Positions 40,081 to 50,063 of a stretch of DNA of 64,000 bases are shown in pieces (position 1 is the first letter of the stretch; every line of letters starts with the position of its first letter). Under the pieces are notes generated by a model. That model was not told where the DNA came from. It did not search any database and saw only the letters and a list, made by a program, of their open reading frames with translations. This DNA comes from Schleiferilactobacillus perolens DSM 12744 (GTDB taxonomy: Bacteria; Bacillota; Bacilli; Lactobacillales; Lactobacillaceae): positions 4,122-68,121 of the forward strand of contig NZ_AZEC01000007.1 in the NCBI RefSeq assembly GCF_001435585.1, given 5' to 3'. Position numbers and translations under genes: made by a program.

Positions 40081-40872
40081 TTATTTCGATTCGATCGAAT
40101 CTTCCGGTGTGACAAACTGATTACCGCCGACTTGATAAGCGACGACTTTGCGGGTGGCATCCGTAAGAATCCAAGCATAGCGCCAGCGAGAGCCATATGC
40201 CAGATGACCGTTGACTTGGCCGGTCGCAGAATATGTGCTGGCCCCGCCCTTTTTCGTAATCCGCAGAATTCCGCGGCCGGGTTCAAGGCTCATGACCAAG
40301 TGACTATCGGTTTGAACATTACCTGCCGGGACCCACTGATGGGTGCTGACCTGATAGGAAATGATGCGGCCATAACCGTTTTTGAAGACAGCGGTGTATT
40401 TCCAACCGCTCTTAAAGGGTAAAGAACCATTGGCCTGACCAGTTAAATCAGGGTTGGCATAAGTCTTGCTCGTGGCGGATGAGATGTAAATGACGCCGGT
40501 TGCGGGCTGCTGAACACCCACGAAATCGGCCTGCGTAGTGATATCATTGGCTGCGATCCATTGATTCGTAGCGACCTGGTAGGCCGTCACTGTACCAGTC
40601 TCGGTATTCTTGGCGACCGCAGTGGCGGCCCAGCTGCTAGCAAAGGGCAATGTGCGTCCCGTGGCTTGACTGAGCTGCGGGTTTGAATAGACCTTGGCCT
40701 GCGCCGATTTAATAATGACAATATTAGGTTCCTTAACAGTGGTTAAGGGATCGGTAGTGGTTTGGACAGTGCTGGCGCCGTTCGTGGCGGCGTGGGTAGT
40801 GATTGGTGTAGTGGCTAAGGCACCGACACTCATGAGGGTGGCGGCCAACAACGCACGACTGATCTTAGACAT
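40081..40872 (-). CDS. Secreted protein of 3 SH3b/GW repeats
   Basis: Signal peptide MSKISRALLAATLMSVGALA. Repeats …WKYTAVFKNGYGRIISYQVSTHQWV…. Confidence 0.75.
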   Translation of the reverse strand: MSKISRALLAATLMSVGALATTPITTHAATNGASTVQTTTDPLTTVKEPNIVIIKSAQAKVYSNPQLSQATGRTLPFASSWAATAVAKNTETGTVTAYQVATNQWIAANDITTQADFVGVQQPATGVIYISSATSKTYANPDLTGQANGSLPFKSGWKYTAVFKNGYGRIISYQVSTHQWVPAGNVQTDSHLVMSLEPGRGILRITKKGGASTYSATGQVNGHLAYGSRWRYAWILTDATRKVVAYQVGGNQFVTPEDSIESK

Positions 40873-41070
40873 GTGAATAATCTCCTTCCGGTAACTGGTC
40901 TAGCTAATTACCAGCACCCATGTTACGCTTCTTCCTTTTTCTTGCAACAATCTTTGACAAAAGTTTTCTTAAGAAAAAAGGCGAACACATGCTTGCTTTT
41001 AATTGAGCGATGCCGTATATTTGAAACATACGAACACGCGTTCAAACTTAAAGAATGGCAGGTGTGCGTG

Positions 41071-41484
41071 ATGGCGAATATCTATGATCCGCCCCGCAGT
41101 AAATGGTTATATCCTGATCGCGGAATGGTAAAATGGCTGGGCTTCTTTCTAAGCGACCATACCAAGGCATTGGAAAAGGACGAAGTGACAGGTGAACCGA
41201 TTAGTGTGCCCCGGGCACCCCAGGACGAACGAACCATTGGGGATGCGTTGGACGAAGCCTATCTCACTGGCGTGACAGCCCATATCCAATTGGCTATTTT
41301 GCATAACGACCACCTGGTCCCAGATATCGTAGGCACTGTGGCGGGGTTCACGGACGACGATTGTGTACTGGTATATACCGACGATGGCGCCCGGCAAGTT
41401 GACCCGCACCAGATTCGCAATGTGCAGCTGGCCGCGCCTGATAAGTGGTATCGCCAAGGGGTGACCACATATGGCGACCAATAA
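41071..41484 (+). CDS. YolD-like protein
   Basis: RGMVKWLGFF motif. Its stop overlaps the start of the Y-family polymerase gene. Confidence 0.7.
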   Translation: MANIYDPPRSKWLYPDRGMVKWLGFFLSDHTKALEKDEVTGEPISVPRAPQDERTIGDALDEAYLTGVTAHIQLAILHNDHLVPDIVGTVAGFTDDDCVLVYTDDGARQVDPHQIRNVQLAAPDKWYRQGVTTYGDQ

Positions 41485-42769
41485 TCCGTTGTCTGATCCT
41501 ACGGCTTTGCCCCGCCGAGACTTCATGTGCATTGATTGCAAATCTTTCTATGCCAGCACGGAGGCCATCAAGCGAGGGATTGCACCCTTGGGGGCCAATA
41601 TTGTGGTGCTGTCCCGGGAAGAGAGCAAGGGCGGGCTGGTCTTGGCGGCATCTCCGTATAGTAAAAAAACGTACGGTGTGAAGTTGGGCACCCGGCGGTT
41701 CGAACTGCGTCCAGAGATGAAGTTAGAAATCGGTGAACCTCACATGGCCGACTACATTGCCAAGAACATGCGCATCAACCACATCTATCAGCAATTCACC
41801 GACCGGGATCACTGGTTTCCCTATTCCATTGATGAGTCTTTTCTCGATGTGTCCGGCTCCCATCGCTTATTTGGCGATGACGATGAGATCGCGGCCCGGA
41901 TTCAGCACAAGGTGTACACCGAAACCGGCATCGTCACCACGGTGGGGATGGGCCCTAATCCGCTATTGGCTAAGTTAGCCCTGGATAATGCGGCCAAAAA
42001 AGAAGCCCCCTGGCGCGCCTGGTGGGATTATGACCAAGTGCCGAAGACGGTCTGGCAAATCAATCCAATCGATAACATGTGGGGGATTGGCAATCGGTTG
42101 GCGACTCGCTTACACAATTTGGGGATTGATACCGTTAAACAACTCGCCCAGGCAGACATCAAGAAGCTGCACCAAGAGTTCGGTATTTTGGGTGATCAGT
42201 TGTATTACCACGCTTGGGGCATTGATTACTCCAATTTGGAACATCGCTACGTGCCCCGGAGTGAAAATCGGGGGTACGGCAACTCCCAAGTCCTGATGCG
42301 GGATTATGTCACGGCTCGAGACTGTGAGACGATCATCCGCGAAATTGCTAACCAAGTGGCGACCCGGTTGCGCCAGCACCATGTCCAATGCGAAGTCGTC
42401 GGTATCAGCATCGGCTATGCCGAGGAACGGGACAATCGTCGGGGGTTCTTCGGGGCCCAGATGCATGTGACCCCCACTAATTTGACAAACGAGATTGCGG
42501 ATACCGCTGTGCATCTATTTAATAAGAAATGGGACGGTACGCCGATCCGCAATGTGGGCGTACGCTGCAATCGGATTTCGGATCAGCACAGCCTGCAGTT
42601 GAGTCTCTTTGAACGGGGCGAACGCACACTCCAACGGGCCCAGCTGGATCAGGTGATTGACCGCATCCAGGAGCGCTTTGGCATCAAAGCACTAGTGCGG
42701 GCGTCCAGCAAGACGGCCGGCGGCACGGCCATCGACCGGGCCGACTTAATTGGCGGCCACCATGCGTGA
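41471..42769 (+). CDS. Y-family DNA polymerase (UmuC/UvrX-like)
   Basis: FMCIDCKSFYAS N-terminal motif of the ImpB/MucB/SamB family. Confidence 0.85.
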   Translation: MATNNPLSDPTALPRRDFMCIDCKSFYASTEAIKRGIAPLGANIVVLSREESKGGLVLAASPYSKKTYGVKLGTRRFELRPEMKLEIGEPHMADYIAKNMRINHIYQQFTDRDHWFPYSIDESFLDVSGSHRLFGDDDEIAARIQHKVYTETGIVTTVGMGPNPLLAKLALDNAAKKEAPWRAWWDYDQVPKTVWQINPIDNMWGIGNRLATRLHNLGIDTVKQLAQADIKKLHQEFGILGDQLYYHAWGIDYSNLEHRYVPRSENRGYGNSQVLMRDYVTARDCETIIREIANQVATRLRQHHVQCEVVGISIGYAEERDNRRGFFGAQMHVTPTNLTNEIADTAVHLFNKKWDGTPIRNVGVRCNRISDQHSLQLSLFERGERTLQRAQLDQVIDRIQERFGIKALVRASSKTAGGTAIDRADLIGGHHA

Positions 42770-42777
42770 AGGGATAG

Positions 42778-43146
42778 GTGCAGATGCTGCAAGAGAGTAA
42801 ATTGTTATTGGACCGGTATGACCATTATTTCACTCGGGAACCCAATACCCGTTACTGGCTGGTGATTGTGAACAACCATTATGACCAGATGTATGGCTTT
42901 TTTCTTTACAGTCAGAAGGGGCAGGAAGTGACGATATATTCCCATGAGCTGTTGGCGCTGCCTTTTGCCAAGGGCTTGTATAGCCAAGTGTATCGCGATC
43001 TTCAAGATTATTCTGATCTCCCTGTGGAGTATCGGGACACCGACGATTTAGTAGAAAACGTTCCCGCTGTTGAGTTTGATCCCCTCCACGGGCACCGCCA
43101 CAGTACGGTTTATCTGCCGGAAGATAAAAACTCCCATGAAAACTAA
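42778..43146 (+). CDS. Hypothetical protein, third gene of the polymerase cassette
   Basis: 8-nt gap after the polymerase gene. No recognisable domain. Confidence 0.55.
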   Translation: MQMLQESKLLLDRYDHYFTREPNTRYWLVIVNNHYDQMYGFFLYSQKGQEVTIYSHELLALPFAKGLYSQVYRDLQDYSDLPVEYRDTDDLVENVPAVEFDPLHGHRHSTVYLPEDKNSHEN

Positions 43147-43408
43147 AACACTGTTTTCATACAATGATGGGTGCGATGTGACAACATTGTTAGTTCAGCG
43201 CAACCTTTCTTTATGCTTTCGTAACAATTTCGTCCAATCCTTGCGGTACGGTAATAAACAAGTTGGTTTCAGTAAATTTCAGTGCTGGTTGTTGACATGA
43301 ATCGATAAATAGATCCGACTAAAGTGCCAGAGGAACGAAAAAAGCGCTATGTTATACTGAACTCAACAAGTTAAGAGAAACGTAAGGCCAGGTATGTGGT
43401 GATGAGAG

Positions 43409-44443
43409 GTGGATCCATTGAAGAAGTCGCAGACAAGTCCGACAGTACGGCACCAACCAGCAGGTAAGATGATGGTCATTGTACTGGCCGCTATTGTGGT
43501 GGCACTTTCTTGTTTGGGTACCGGAGTGGTTAATGCAGCCACGAATGTCAATCGTAATCAACAAACACAAAGTACACAGAGTAAAAATGACAAGAACGAC
43601 GATAATAGTGGCGACCCGTCTAACGGCACGGGGAGTGACGAGCCGGCCAAAGAGGTTTCTGGGAAAATTGTCCCGGTAGATCCGGATCAGCAATCACTGC
43701 AGGTGGCCGCAATTCCATACGGTCCAGTCCAAGAGGGGACTAGTATCGATGTCCCAGTCGTGGCGGGTTATTATCCGGAGGACAGTCAAGATACAGACTC
43801 CTTAGTGGTCGGTGTCCAGGTCCAAGTGCCTAAGGGCGGCGGTACGATCTATGTGACCTATTTCAAGTCCGATAGTGGCTCCGGTGGCGGCTCGGGTTCT
43901 GGCGGCGGCCAAGGCGGCGGGACTAGCTCCTCTTCCAGCAGCTCTTCACCCAGCAAGCCCAGCACAAGTACAAGCAGCAACAAACCAAGCAGTACTTCCA
44001 GCAGTCCGAGTCAAGGGACATCTTCGAGTCCAACCAGTACGAGCAACGACACCCCGAAGATTCCGGATGGCCCCAGCAGGAACAACAGCTCCAATTCATC
44101 AGCCTCCAGCACAATGCAGCAAGCCGCTGGTCAAAGTAGTTCTTCAACCAAAGACCACTCCTTGTTCAGCTGGTTTGGAGATCTATTCGGAGGCGGCTCA
44201 AAGGGTACCAGTCACTCGTCTTCCAAAAAGAGCAGCACATCATCTTCTGCCACGGACCCGAGTGATACCAGCGATAGTACCGATAATGCCGGCAGCAAGT
44301 CTTCCGAAACCAGCATGAAGAGTGCCGCGGGTAAACAAAGTACCAACCATACCCAATGGTTGGCCATCGGTATTACTGTCGTTTCCGCCGCACTATTAGG
44401 TGGTGTGATCGTTTTGATTGTGAAACAGCGACGCAGAGGGTAA
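43409..44443 (+). CDS. Ser/Thr/Gly-rich surface protein with a C-terminal TM anchor (start uncertain)
   Basis: N-terminal signal-like helix. 150-aa S/T/G/P low-complexity region. C-terminal LAIGITVVSAALLGGVIVLIVKQRRRG with no LPXTG. Confidence 0.65.
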   Translation: MDPLKKSQTSPTVRHQPAGKMMVIVLAAIVVALSCLGTGVVNAATNVNRNQQTQSTQSKNDKNDDNSGDPSNGTGSDEPAKEVSGKIVPVDPDQQSLQVAAIPYGPVQEGTSIDVPVVAGYYPEDSQDTDSLVVGVQVQVPKGGGTIYVTYFKSDSGSGGGSGSGGGQGGGTSSSSSSSSPSKPSTSTSSNKPSSTSSSPSQGTSSSPTSTSNDTPKIPDGPSRNNSSNSSASSTMQQAAGQSSSSTKDHSLFSWFGDLFGGGSKGTSHSSSKKSSTSSSATDPSDTSDSTDNAGSKSSETSMKSAAGKQSTNHTQWLAIGITVVSAALLGGVIVLIVKQRRRG

Positions 44444-44595
44444 TTCAATTTGAATCATCATAGGCCACAATCCGGATCGCACGGAATGTGGCTTTTTGAT
44501 TACAACCGCCAATTCCACTTTGCATTGACTGCATTTCCGCTTATTATTAAAAATATGTTGTGCAATCTAGTATTCGGAATTAACGGGAGGAAAAA

Positions 44596-46368
44596 ATGAA
44601 GAAAAGTTTCCAATTTGTCGCTGCTACTGCCTTGGCATTATTAGCGGTGGCACCAATGACCGTCGTGCCAGTGACTACCCAGGCTGCCACAAGCCAGGCC
44701 GCAAGTAACACCATCCAATCCTATCGCGATGTCGCCACGGTCGGCGGCAGTGCGATAAGCCTGTATAAAGTCGCAGGTAACAACGTGACCGCCACGGGAC
44801 AGCTGCCAGCTAATTCCGCTTGGAAAGTTACCGGTAAGATTGTGGTCAACGGACAAACCTATTACCAAGTGAGTACGACTCAATTTGTCGCCGATAAAGA
44901 CGTGACGTTAGCCAGCAAGCAAACCGCGCTGCCGGCCCGGACGGTCATTGGGTTACGGCGCAATGCCACCCTGTACAGCGGTACAGGCAGTGATCGCACC
45001 CCTACCAGCCGGACATTACAGGCAGGATCTGTCTGGCTGACCAACGCCAAGGTCGCCGTCAATGGCACCTTGTGGTATCAAGTCGCCCCGAATCTGTGGA
45101 TCAGCGACGATGATGTGGGTGAAATGCCCCACTCTGCAGCTACGCCGGTCAGTATGGTGGTCAAAATTGTGGATGATACCCCACTGTGGGATGGTTTCCA
45201 GTGGCGTTATACCGGCCGCTGGTTACCGACCAACTCCCGCTGGAAGGTCAACGCTACCGGTACCACTAGCGACGGCACCGAATATTATGAAGTCGGAGCC
45301 AATCAGTGGATTAAAGCTGGCAGTGCCACAGTAGAATCCAGCAGCAGCAGTGATTCCACCAGTCAAAACGGCGTGGACAAGCTCAGTGCTGCGGCCGATA
45401 GCGAACTGAAAGACCACCTGGCTTCTGAACAATTTGTCGGTACGTTACTGCTGATTCAAAACGGCCAAGTGATTTATAATCAAGGGACCGGGCAGGCAGA
45501 TAATGCCGCCGGTCGGGCAAATGGTCCGCAATCCTTATTCCAATTTGCATCTGTCCAAAAGTCGATGACGGCGGCCCTCGTCGCCCAATTGATCGCGCAG
45601 GGCAAATTGAGCTATAGCGACAACATTAGCCACTTTTATCCGACGATCCCAGCCGCGGACAACATCTCGATTCGCGATATGCTGGACATGACTTCTGGAT
45701 TATCCATGACCCTGGCCGTGCCGGATACCGTCATGACCGATGCGCAGGTGATCCAGCGGGGGCTGGATCTGCTCCAATACGATCCCGATCAACATGGCCA
45801 ATTCAATTATCAGGCAATCAACTATATTTTACTGGTCGGTGTATTGGAACAACTGACTGGGCAAAGCTACGAGAACCTTGTGCAACAAAACCTGCTCAAT
45901 CCATTAGGCCTTGGTGCGGATCAAGCCGGCTTTGCTTGGAACCTGGCCGCCCAACCCAACCATACCGTCAGCTATATTTCTGGCAACGGTCTGGGGACTT
46001 ATGATCAGATTTCAACGGAAACGTTAGCGGATATGCATAGTGAACTCGGTACTGGCAACATGTATTCCACGGCCTATGCATTGTACCAAATGGAAAAGGC
46101 AATTTCTCAAGGGCAACTCATTTCCGGCGATCAGCTGAGTGAATTACGGGACAGCAGTGACGGTAGCTGGGCGGGTGGTTTGTATAACTATCCCGATCAC
46201 TACTATGCCCATGGTGTGAAGAATTGGCAGGAAACCATTTTCTTAATGAGCAAGGACACCAATACGGCAGTGGTCTTCATCTCCAATCGGGCTTACGATT
46301 ATGACAATGCGGCCGCCCGGTCAGCGTGGTATTGGAACTTTGTGCAGAACGCATCTTTAGCAAATTAA
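44596..46368 (+). CDS. 3 SH3b repeats fused to a beta-lactamase-fold serine hydrolase
   Basis: Signal peptide. SVQKS (S-x-x-K) motif in FQFASVQKSMTAALVAQLIAQGKL. Confidence 0.8.
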   Translation: MKKSFQFVAATALALLAVAPMTVVPVTTQAATSQAASNTIQSYRDVATVGGSAISLYKVAGNNVTATGQLPANSAWKVTGKIVVNGQTYYQVSTTQFVADKDVTLASKQTALPARTVIGLRRNATLYSGTGSDRTPTSRTLQAGSVWLTNAKVAVNGTLWYQVAPNLWISDDDVGEMPHSAATPVSMVVKIVDDTPLWDGFQWRYTGRWLPTNSRWKVNATGTTSDGTEYYEVGANQWIKAGSATVESSSSSDSTSQNGVDKLSAAADSELKDHLASEQFVGTLLLIQNGQVIYNQGTGQADNAAGRANGPQSLFQFASVQKSMTAALVAQLIAQGKLSYSDNISHFYPTIPAADNISIRDMLDMTSGLSMTLAVPDTVMTDAQVIQRGLDLLQYDPDQHGQFNYQAINYILLVGVLEQLTGQSYENLVQQNLLNPLGLGADQAGFAWNLAAQPNHTVSYISGNGLGTYDQISTETLADMHSELGTGNMYSTAYALYQMEKAISQGQLISGDQLSELRDSSDGSWAGGLYNYPDHYYAHGVKNWQETIFLMSKDTNTAVVFISNRAYDYDNAAARSAWYWNFVQNASLAN

Positions 46369-46380
46369 CGAATTGGTTAA

Positions 46381-46405
46381 GATGGCTGAAAAGCCGTCTT
46401 TTTTT
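46381..46405 (+). terminator. Terminator
   Basis: GATGGCT-GAAA-AGCCGTC followed by TTTTTTT. Confidence 0.6.
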
Positions 46406-46489
46406 ACGCCTTTTCGGTAGCGTTTTCTTTCCTGTTATGGTATAGTCACACTGTTGAAACGTTACTGTAACATTAGGGAGATGTTCCGC

Positions 46490-47308
46490 ATGAAGATCAC
46501 TAAAGTTTTGGCGTCTTTTCTGTTGTTGGGCGGTGTTGGTTTAGCGGCGGCTGTGACCACCAGCAGTGTCGCACCTGCGCAGGCAGCCACAGTTTCCGCA
46601 CCGGCCGTCATTCGGTTGAATCAGACCGCTTGGATTATGGACCGCTCGGGGAACCATGTTGCCAATGAGGGGTATGGTACTTTGCCTGCGGGCACGAGTT
46701 GGCGGGTCACGGATGTCTTTGTGGATTCTGAGTATGGTCAGCTGTACATGCGTGTCTCTAAGGATGGATGGATTGCGTACGATGTTGACGATACTGCCAA
46801 CAGTGTGTTGTTGGCGCAATTGCGGGAGACTGCGCGGACGGTTGCTCAAAAGCAGGGCAATGCTGGTTTGTTTATCACGACAAAATCTGCGGACTCAATT
46901 AGCCAGACACTACTAGCCACACCTGTTGTTGACCGACCAGGGAGCAATACTGTTGTCCGTCAATTGCCGGCTGGCAGCCGTTGGCGGGTCACGAGTTATG
47001 CGAGTGCTCCGGCGATAGTGAAGGGAGACAACTCGGATCAGTATTTTCAAATTGCCACGAATCAATGGATAAAGAGCCAATATGTTCAAGTCCCAGCCGT
47101 CAATTATTTACAAGTCAAAGGTCAACCAGTCCAGGTTTATCAGTTCTCAGCGAATAAACTGCAAATGGTGCCGACACGACAACTCAAACCGCATACCGCT
47201 TGGCGCGCCAATGCTTTGTACAACAAAGCAATCAATGGGCCGTTTTATTTCCAAGTAGGCAGAAACGAGTGGATCACGAACCAGGGAGTTATCGTGAATA
47301 ATCATTAA
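46490..47308 (+). CDS. Secreted SH3b/GW-repeat-only protein (array member 1)
   Basis: MKITKVLASFLLLGG signal peptide. RBS AGGGAG. Three repeats. Confidence 0.8.
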   Translation: MKITKVLASFLLLGGVGLAAAVTTSSVAPAQAATVSAPAVIRLNQTAWIMDRSGNHVANEGYGTLPAGTSWRVTDVFVDSEYGQLYMRVSKDGWIAYDVDDTANSVLLAQLRETARTVAQKQGNAGLFITTKSADSISQTLLATPVVDRPGSNTVVRQLPAGSRWRVTSYASAPAIVKGDNSDQYFQIATNQWIKSQYVQVPAVNYLQVKGQPVQVYQFSANKLQMVPTRQLKPHTAWRANALYNKAINGPFYFQVGRNEWITNQGVIVNNH

Positions 47309-47331
47309 TCGCTCAGCGAGGAGGTTGAGTT

Positions 47332-48156
47332 ATGAAAGTCAGTAAAGTTTTGGCCTCACTGTTTTTATTGGGCGGTATCGTTCTAGCGGGTGGTGTAATG
47401 AATTCAGCATCCGCCCCAGTCCACGCAGCCACGACCGAACCAGCTATTATTCAATTAAACGATTCAACCCATATGCAGACCTATCAGGATGATGGCACAC
47501 AGAATCCCGGTTTGACGGATAAATTTACCGCAGGATCCCGTTGGCGGGTCACCGGGACAAAAGTCGGCAAAATGGGCGACGATTTATACATCCGGGTGGC
47601 CACCAACACTTGGCTGTATTACAACACCTTTGACGATGCAAATGCCACGCTGATCGCTCAGTTGCGGGCCGATGTCCAAGCCTATTCCCAAAAACAGGGC
47701 AACTTGGGCGGCTATGTCATTCCCACCCAAGTACTCAATGACATCGGCAAAACGCTGGCAAGCACACCCGTGGTAGAACGGCCGGGCAGTACGAAAGTGT
47801 TACGGCAATTACCGGCCGGGACTCGCTGGCGCTTGACCGCCCGAGCGTATAAGCCGTTGGTTACCAAAACCGATGACAGCGACGTCTATTTCCAAATTGC
47901 GACGGGTCAGTGGATCAACATCAAATATTTGGGGATTGAAATACGGTGGGGGTCACCGTTCATCGTGAACAATACGCCGGTCCAAGCCTACCGCTTTAAC
48001 GCCGCCACGCTGCAAATGGACGCCACGACACGTCAGCTCAAGCCATATACGGCATGGCGCATTAATGGATCGCACTACCTGACAGTGCGCGGTCAAGCTT
48101 ACTTGCTGGTTGGACAAAACGAATGGGTGAAGCCGCAGCAAGGTTCTAACAAGTGA
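47332..48156 (+). CDS. Secreted SH3b/GW-repeat-only protein (array member 2)
   Basis: MKVSKVLASLFLLGG signal peptide. RBS GAGGAGG. Confidence 0.8.
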   Translation: MKVSKVLASLFLLGGIVLAGGVMNSASAPVHAATTEPAIIQLNDSTHMQTYQDDGTQNPGLTDKFTAGSRWRVTGTKVGKMGDDLYIRVATNTWLYYNTFDDANATLIAQLRADVQAYSQKQGNLGGYVIPTQVLNDIGKTLASTPVVERPGSTKVLRQLPAGTRWRLTARAYKPLVTKTDDSDVYFQIATGQWINIKYLGIEIRWGSPFIVNNTPVQAYRFNAATLQMDATTRQLKPYTAWRINGSHYLTVRGQAYLLVGQNEWVKPQQGSNK

Positions 48157-48172
48157 AAGTGGGGAAATAATC

Positions 48173-49030
48173 ATGAAAATCAGCAAAGTTTTGGCATCGA
48201 TGCTGCTTTTATTGGGTGTGAGTGCAGCTAGTCAAGTAATCGCACAAAACAGTGTGCCAGTACAGGCTGCGACGGTTTCTGAACCGGCCGTGATTAATTT
48301 GCATGGTGATCGCGCAATCCTTTATGCTTGGCACAATGATGGGATGAAATATGCGCCCATGCTTCGTTCCTTGTGGGGTGGCAGCTGGCGGGTGACCGCT
48401 GTGCGGATTGATGCTCAGACGGGGGATATTTATTTCCGTGTGGCAACGGATGTTTGGATGAAATATTATTACTACAATACGCGTCCGACCCTCAACAAGA
48501 CGTTGGTGCAGCAAATGCAAAATACCGCCCAACAATATTCTAAGAGTCAGGGCAATATCGGTGGCTTTGTAAACAATGGGGATATTGATTACAAAATTGC
48601 GATCGTTAAGACATTAGCGAAGACACCGATCGTCGCTCAGCCCGGAAGTACCAAGGTGATCCGGACTTTACCAGAGGGAACACGCTGGCGGATTACGCAA
48701 CAGTCTTATCGATTGCTGCTCAGCGCAACCGATAATTCGCCAATCTATTATCAAGTCGCCAACCACCAATGGGTGGATGCCAAATATGTCGCGCAAGAGA
48801 TCAAAGCGTATCGGATTCCTGTACTTTCATTAGAGCAGGGGTTACAGGCCTATCGGTTTGACAACGCCAAACTCAAGATGATTCCGACGCGGTGGTTGGC
48901 ACCGCGCCAGAATTGGGGAATTGATTACCGGTATAGCCCGAGAATCAATTACACGTTTAAAGGGAGCTATTACTTCCAAATTGGGGCAAATGAATGGGTG
49001 ACTGGTGAAGGGGGTCAAGTAGGTAACTAG
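48173..49030 (+). CDS. Secreted SH3b/GW-repeat-only protein (array member 3)
   Basis: MKISKVLASMLLLLG signal peptide. Confidence 0.8.
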   Translation: MKISKVLASMLLLLGVSAASQVIAQNSVPVQAATVSEPAVINLHGDRAILYAWHNDGMKYAPMLRSLWGGSWRVTAVRIDAQTGDIYFRVATDVWMKYYYYNTRPTLNKTLVQQMQNTAQQYSKSQGNIGGFVNNGDIDYKIAIVKTLAKTPIVAQPGSTKVIRTLPEGTRWRITQQSYRLLLSATDNSPIYYQVANHQWVDAKYVAQEIKAYRIPVLSLEQGLQAYRFDNAKLKMIPTRWLAPRQNWGIDYRYSPRINYTFKGSYYFQIGANEWVTGEGGQVGN

Positions 49031-49084
49031 TAAAGGAAAAGTTGGTATTTGTCATTTTTTCAATCATGATTGGGGGAAAAGATC

Positions 49085-49936
49085 ATGAAACTCAAAAAGA
49101 TTTTGGCATCACTAATTCTATTGGGCGGTATCAGCATGGCGAGTGCAATCATTGGATTTACACGGGTACCAGTCCGTGCCGCAACAACTGAATCACCAAT
49201 TATCCGGTTAAACGGTCCTACCAATACGCAAACGTATCGCGATGATGGTACGGAAAATCCCGGTTTTACAAGTAAGTTTACGACAAACAGTGCTTGGCGT
49301 GTGACGGGTGCCCGGATGGGTCCGCTCGCAGACAGTTTGTATGTGCGAGTCGCCACCAATGAGTGGATTTACTATTCGATGCTTGACCATGCGAATGCAC
49401 CACTGATCAAGCAGTTGCGTGCAACCACTCAGGCATATTCAGTAAAACAGGGAAATTACGGTGGGTATGTCATTCCGGGAATCCCGCTTAATTATGTTGG
49501 CAGGACCGTTACTACGACACCAGTCGTCAATCGGCCGGGCAGCACCAAAATCGTGCGGCAATTACCCGCAGGGACGCAGTGGCGTTTGACTGCTGAGGCG
49601 CTCAAACCGTTGATTCTTAAAACAGATATGACGGATGAGTATTTCCAGATTGCAACCAATCAATGGGTTAACATGAAATACATGGCCGTATTTATCGATT
49701 TTAAGTCACCACTGGTTATCGGCAATCAGCCCGAGCGCGTGTACCGGTTTGATGACCATACGCTAAAAATGACAGCCACCGCTCGGCAACTCAAGCCACA
49801 TACGACTTGGCAAAACAATTGGGTGTACATGAACATGGCGAACGGTGAAACTTTCTCATTGAATCACGGACAAACCTATTTGCAGGTTGGCGGTAATGAG
49901 TGGGTTTATAGTCCGAATGCAAAGATTGCATACTGA
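49085..49936 (+). CDS. Secreted SH3b/GW-repeat-only protein (array member 4)
   Basis: MKLKKILASLILLGG signal peptide. RBS GGGGGA. Confidence 0.8.
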   Translation: MKLKKILASLILLGGISMASAIIGFTRVPVRAATTESPIIRLNGPTNTQTYRDDGTENPGFTSKFTTNSAWRVTGARMGPLADSLYVRVATNEWIYYSMLDHANAPLIKQLRATTQAYSVKQGNYGGYVIPGIPLNYVGRTVTTTPVVNRPGSTKIVRQLPAGTQWRLTAEALKPLILKTDMTDEYFQIATNQWVNMKYMAVFIDFKSPLVIGNQPERVYRFDDHTLKMTATARQLKPHTTWQNNWVYMNMANGETFSLNHGQTYLQVGGNEWVYSPNAKIAY

Positions 49937-49972
49937 TCGGTTTAACAAACCACGATTGGAGAAACAATTACG

Positions 49973-49996
49973 AAGCTGGCTGCGGCCAGCTTTTTT
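49973..49996 (+). terminator. Terminator after the 4-gene array
   Basis: AAGCTGGC-TGCG-GCCAGCTT followed by TTTTTC. Confidence 0.8.
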
Positions 49997-50063
49997 CATG
50001 CACAAAAAACGCCATTCCGAAACAATATCGAAATGACGCTCAAAATACTAACTAATCAAGAAA

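Noticed and set aside
40873-41070. N-terminal extension of the YolD ORF (listed as 40873..41484)
   Set aside because: The extension covers an AT-rich promoter-like intergenic region. The conserved YolD core begins at the Met at 41071.
43875-44318. 147-aa alternative-frame ORF
   Set aside because: Alternate frame of the Ser/Thr-rich low-complexity tract of the 43409 gene.
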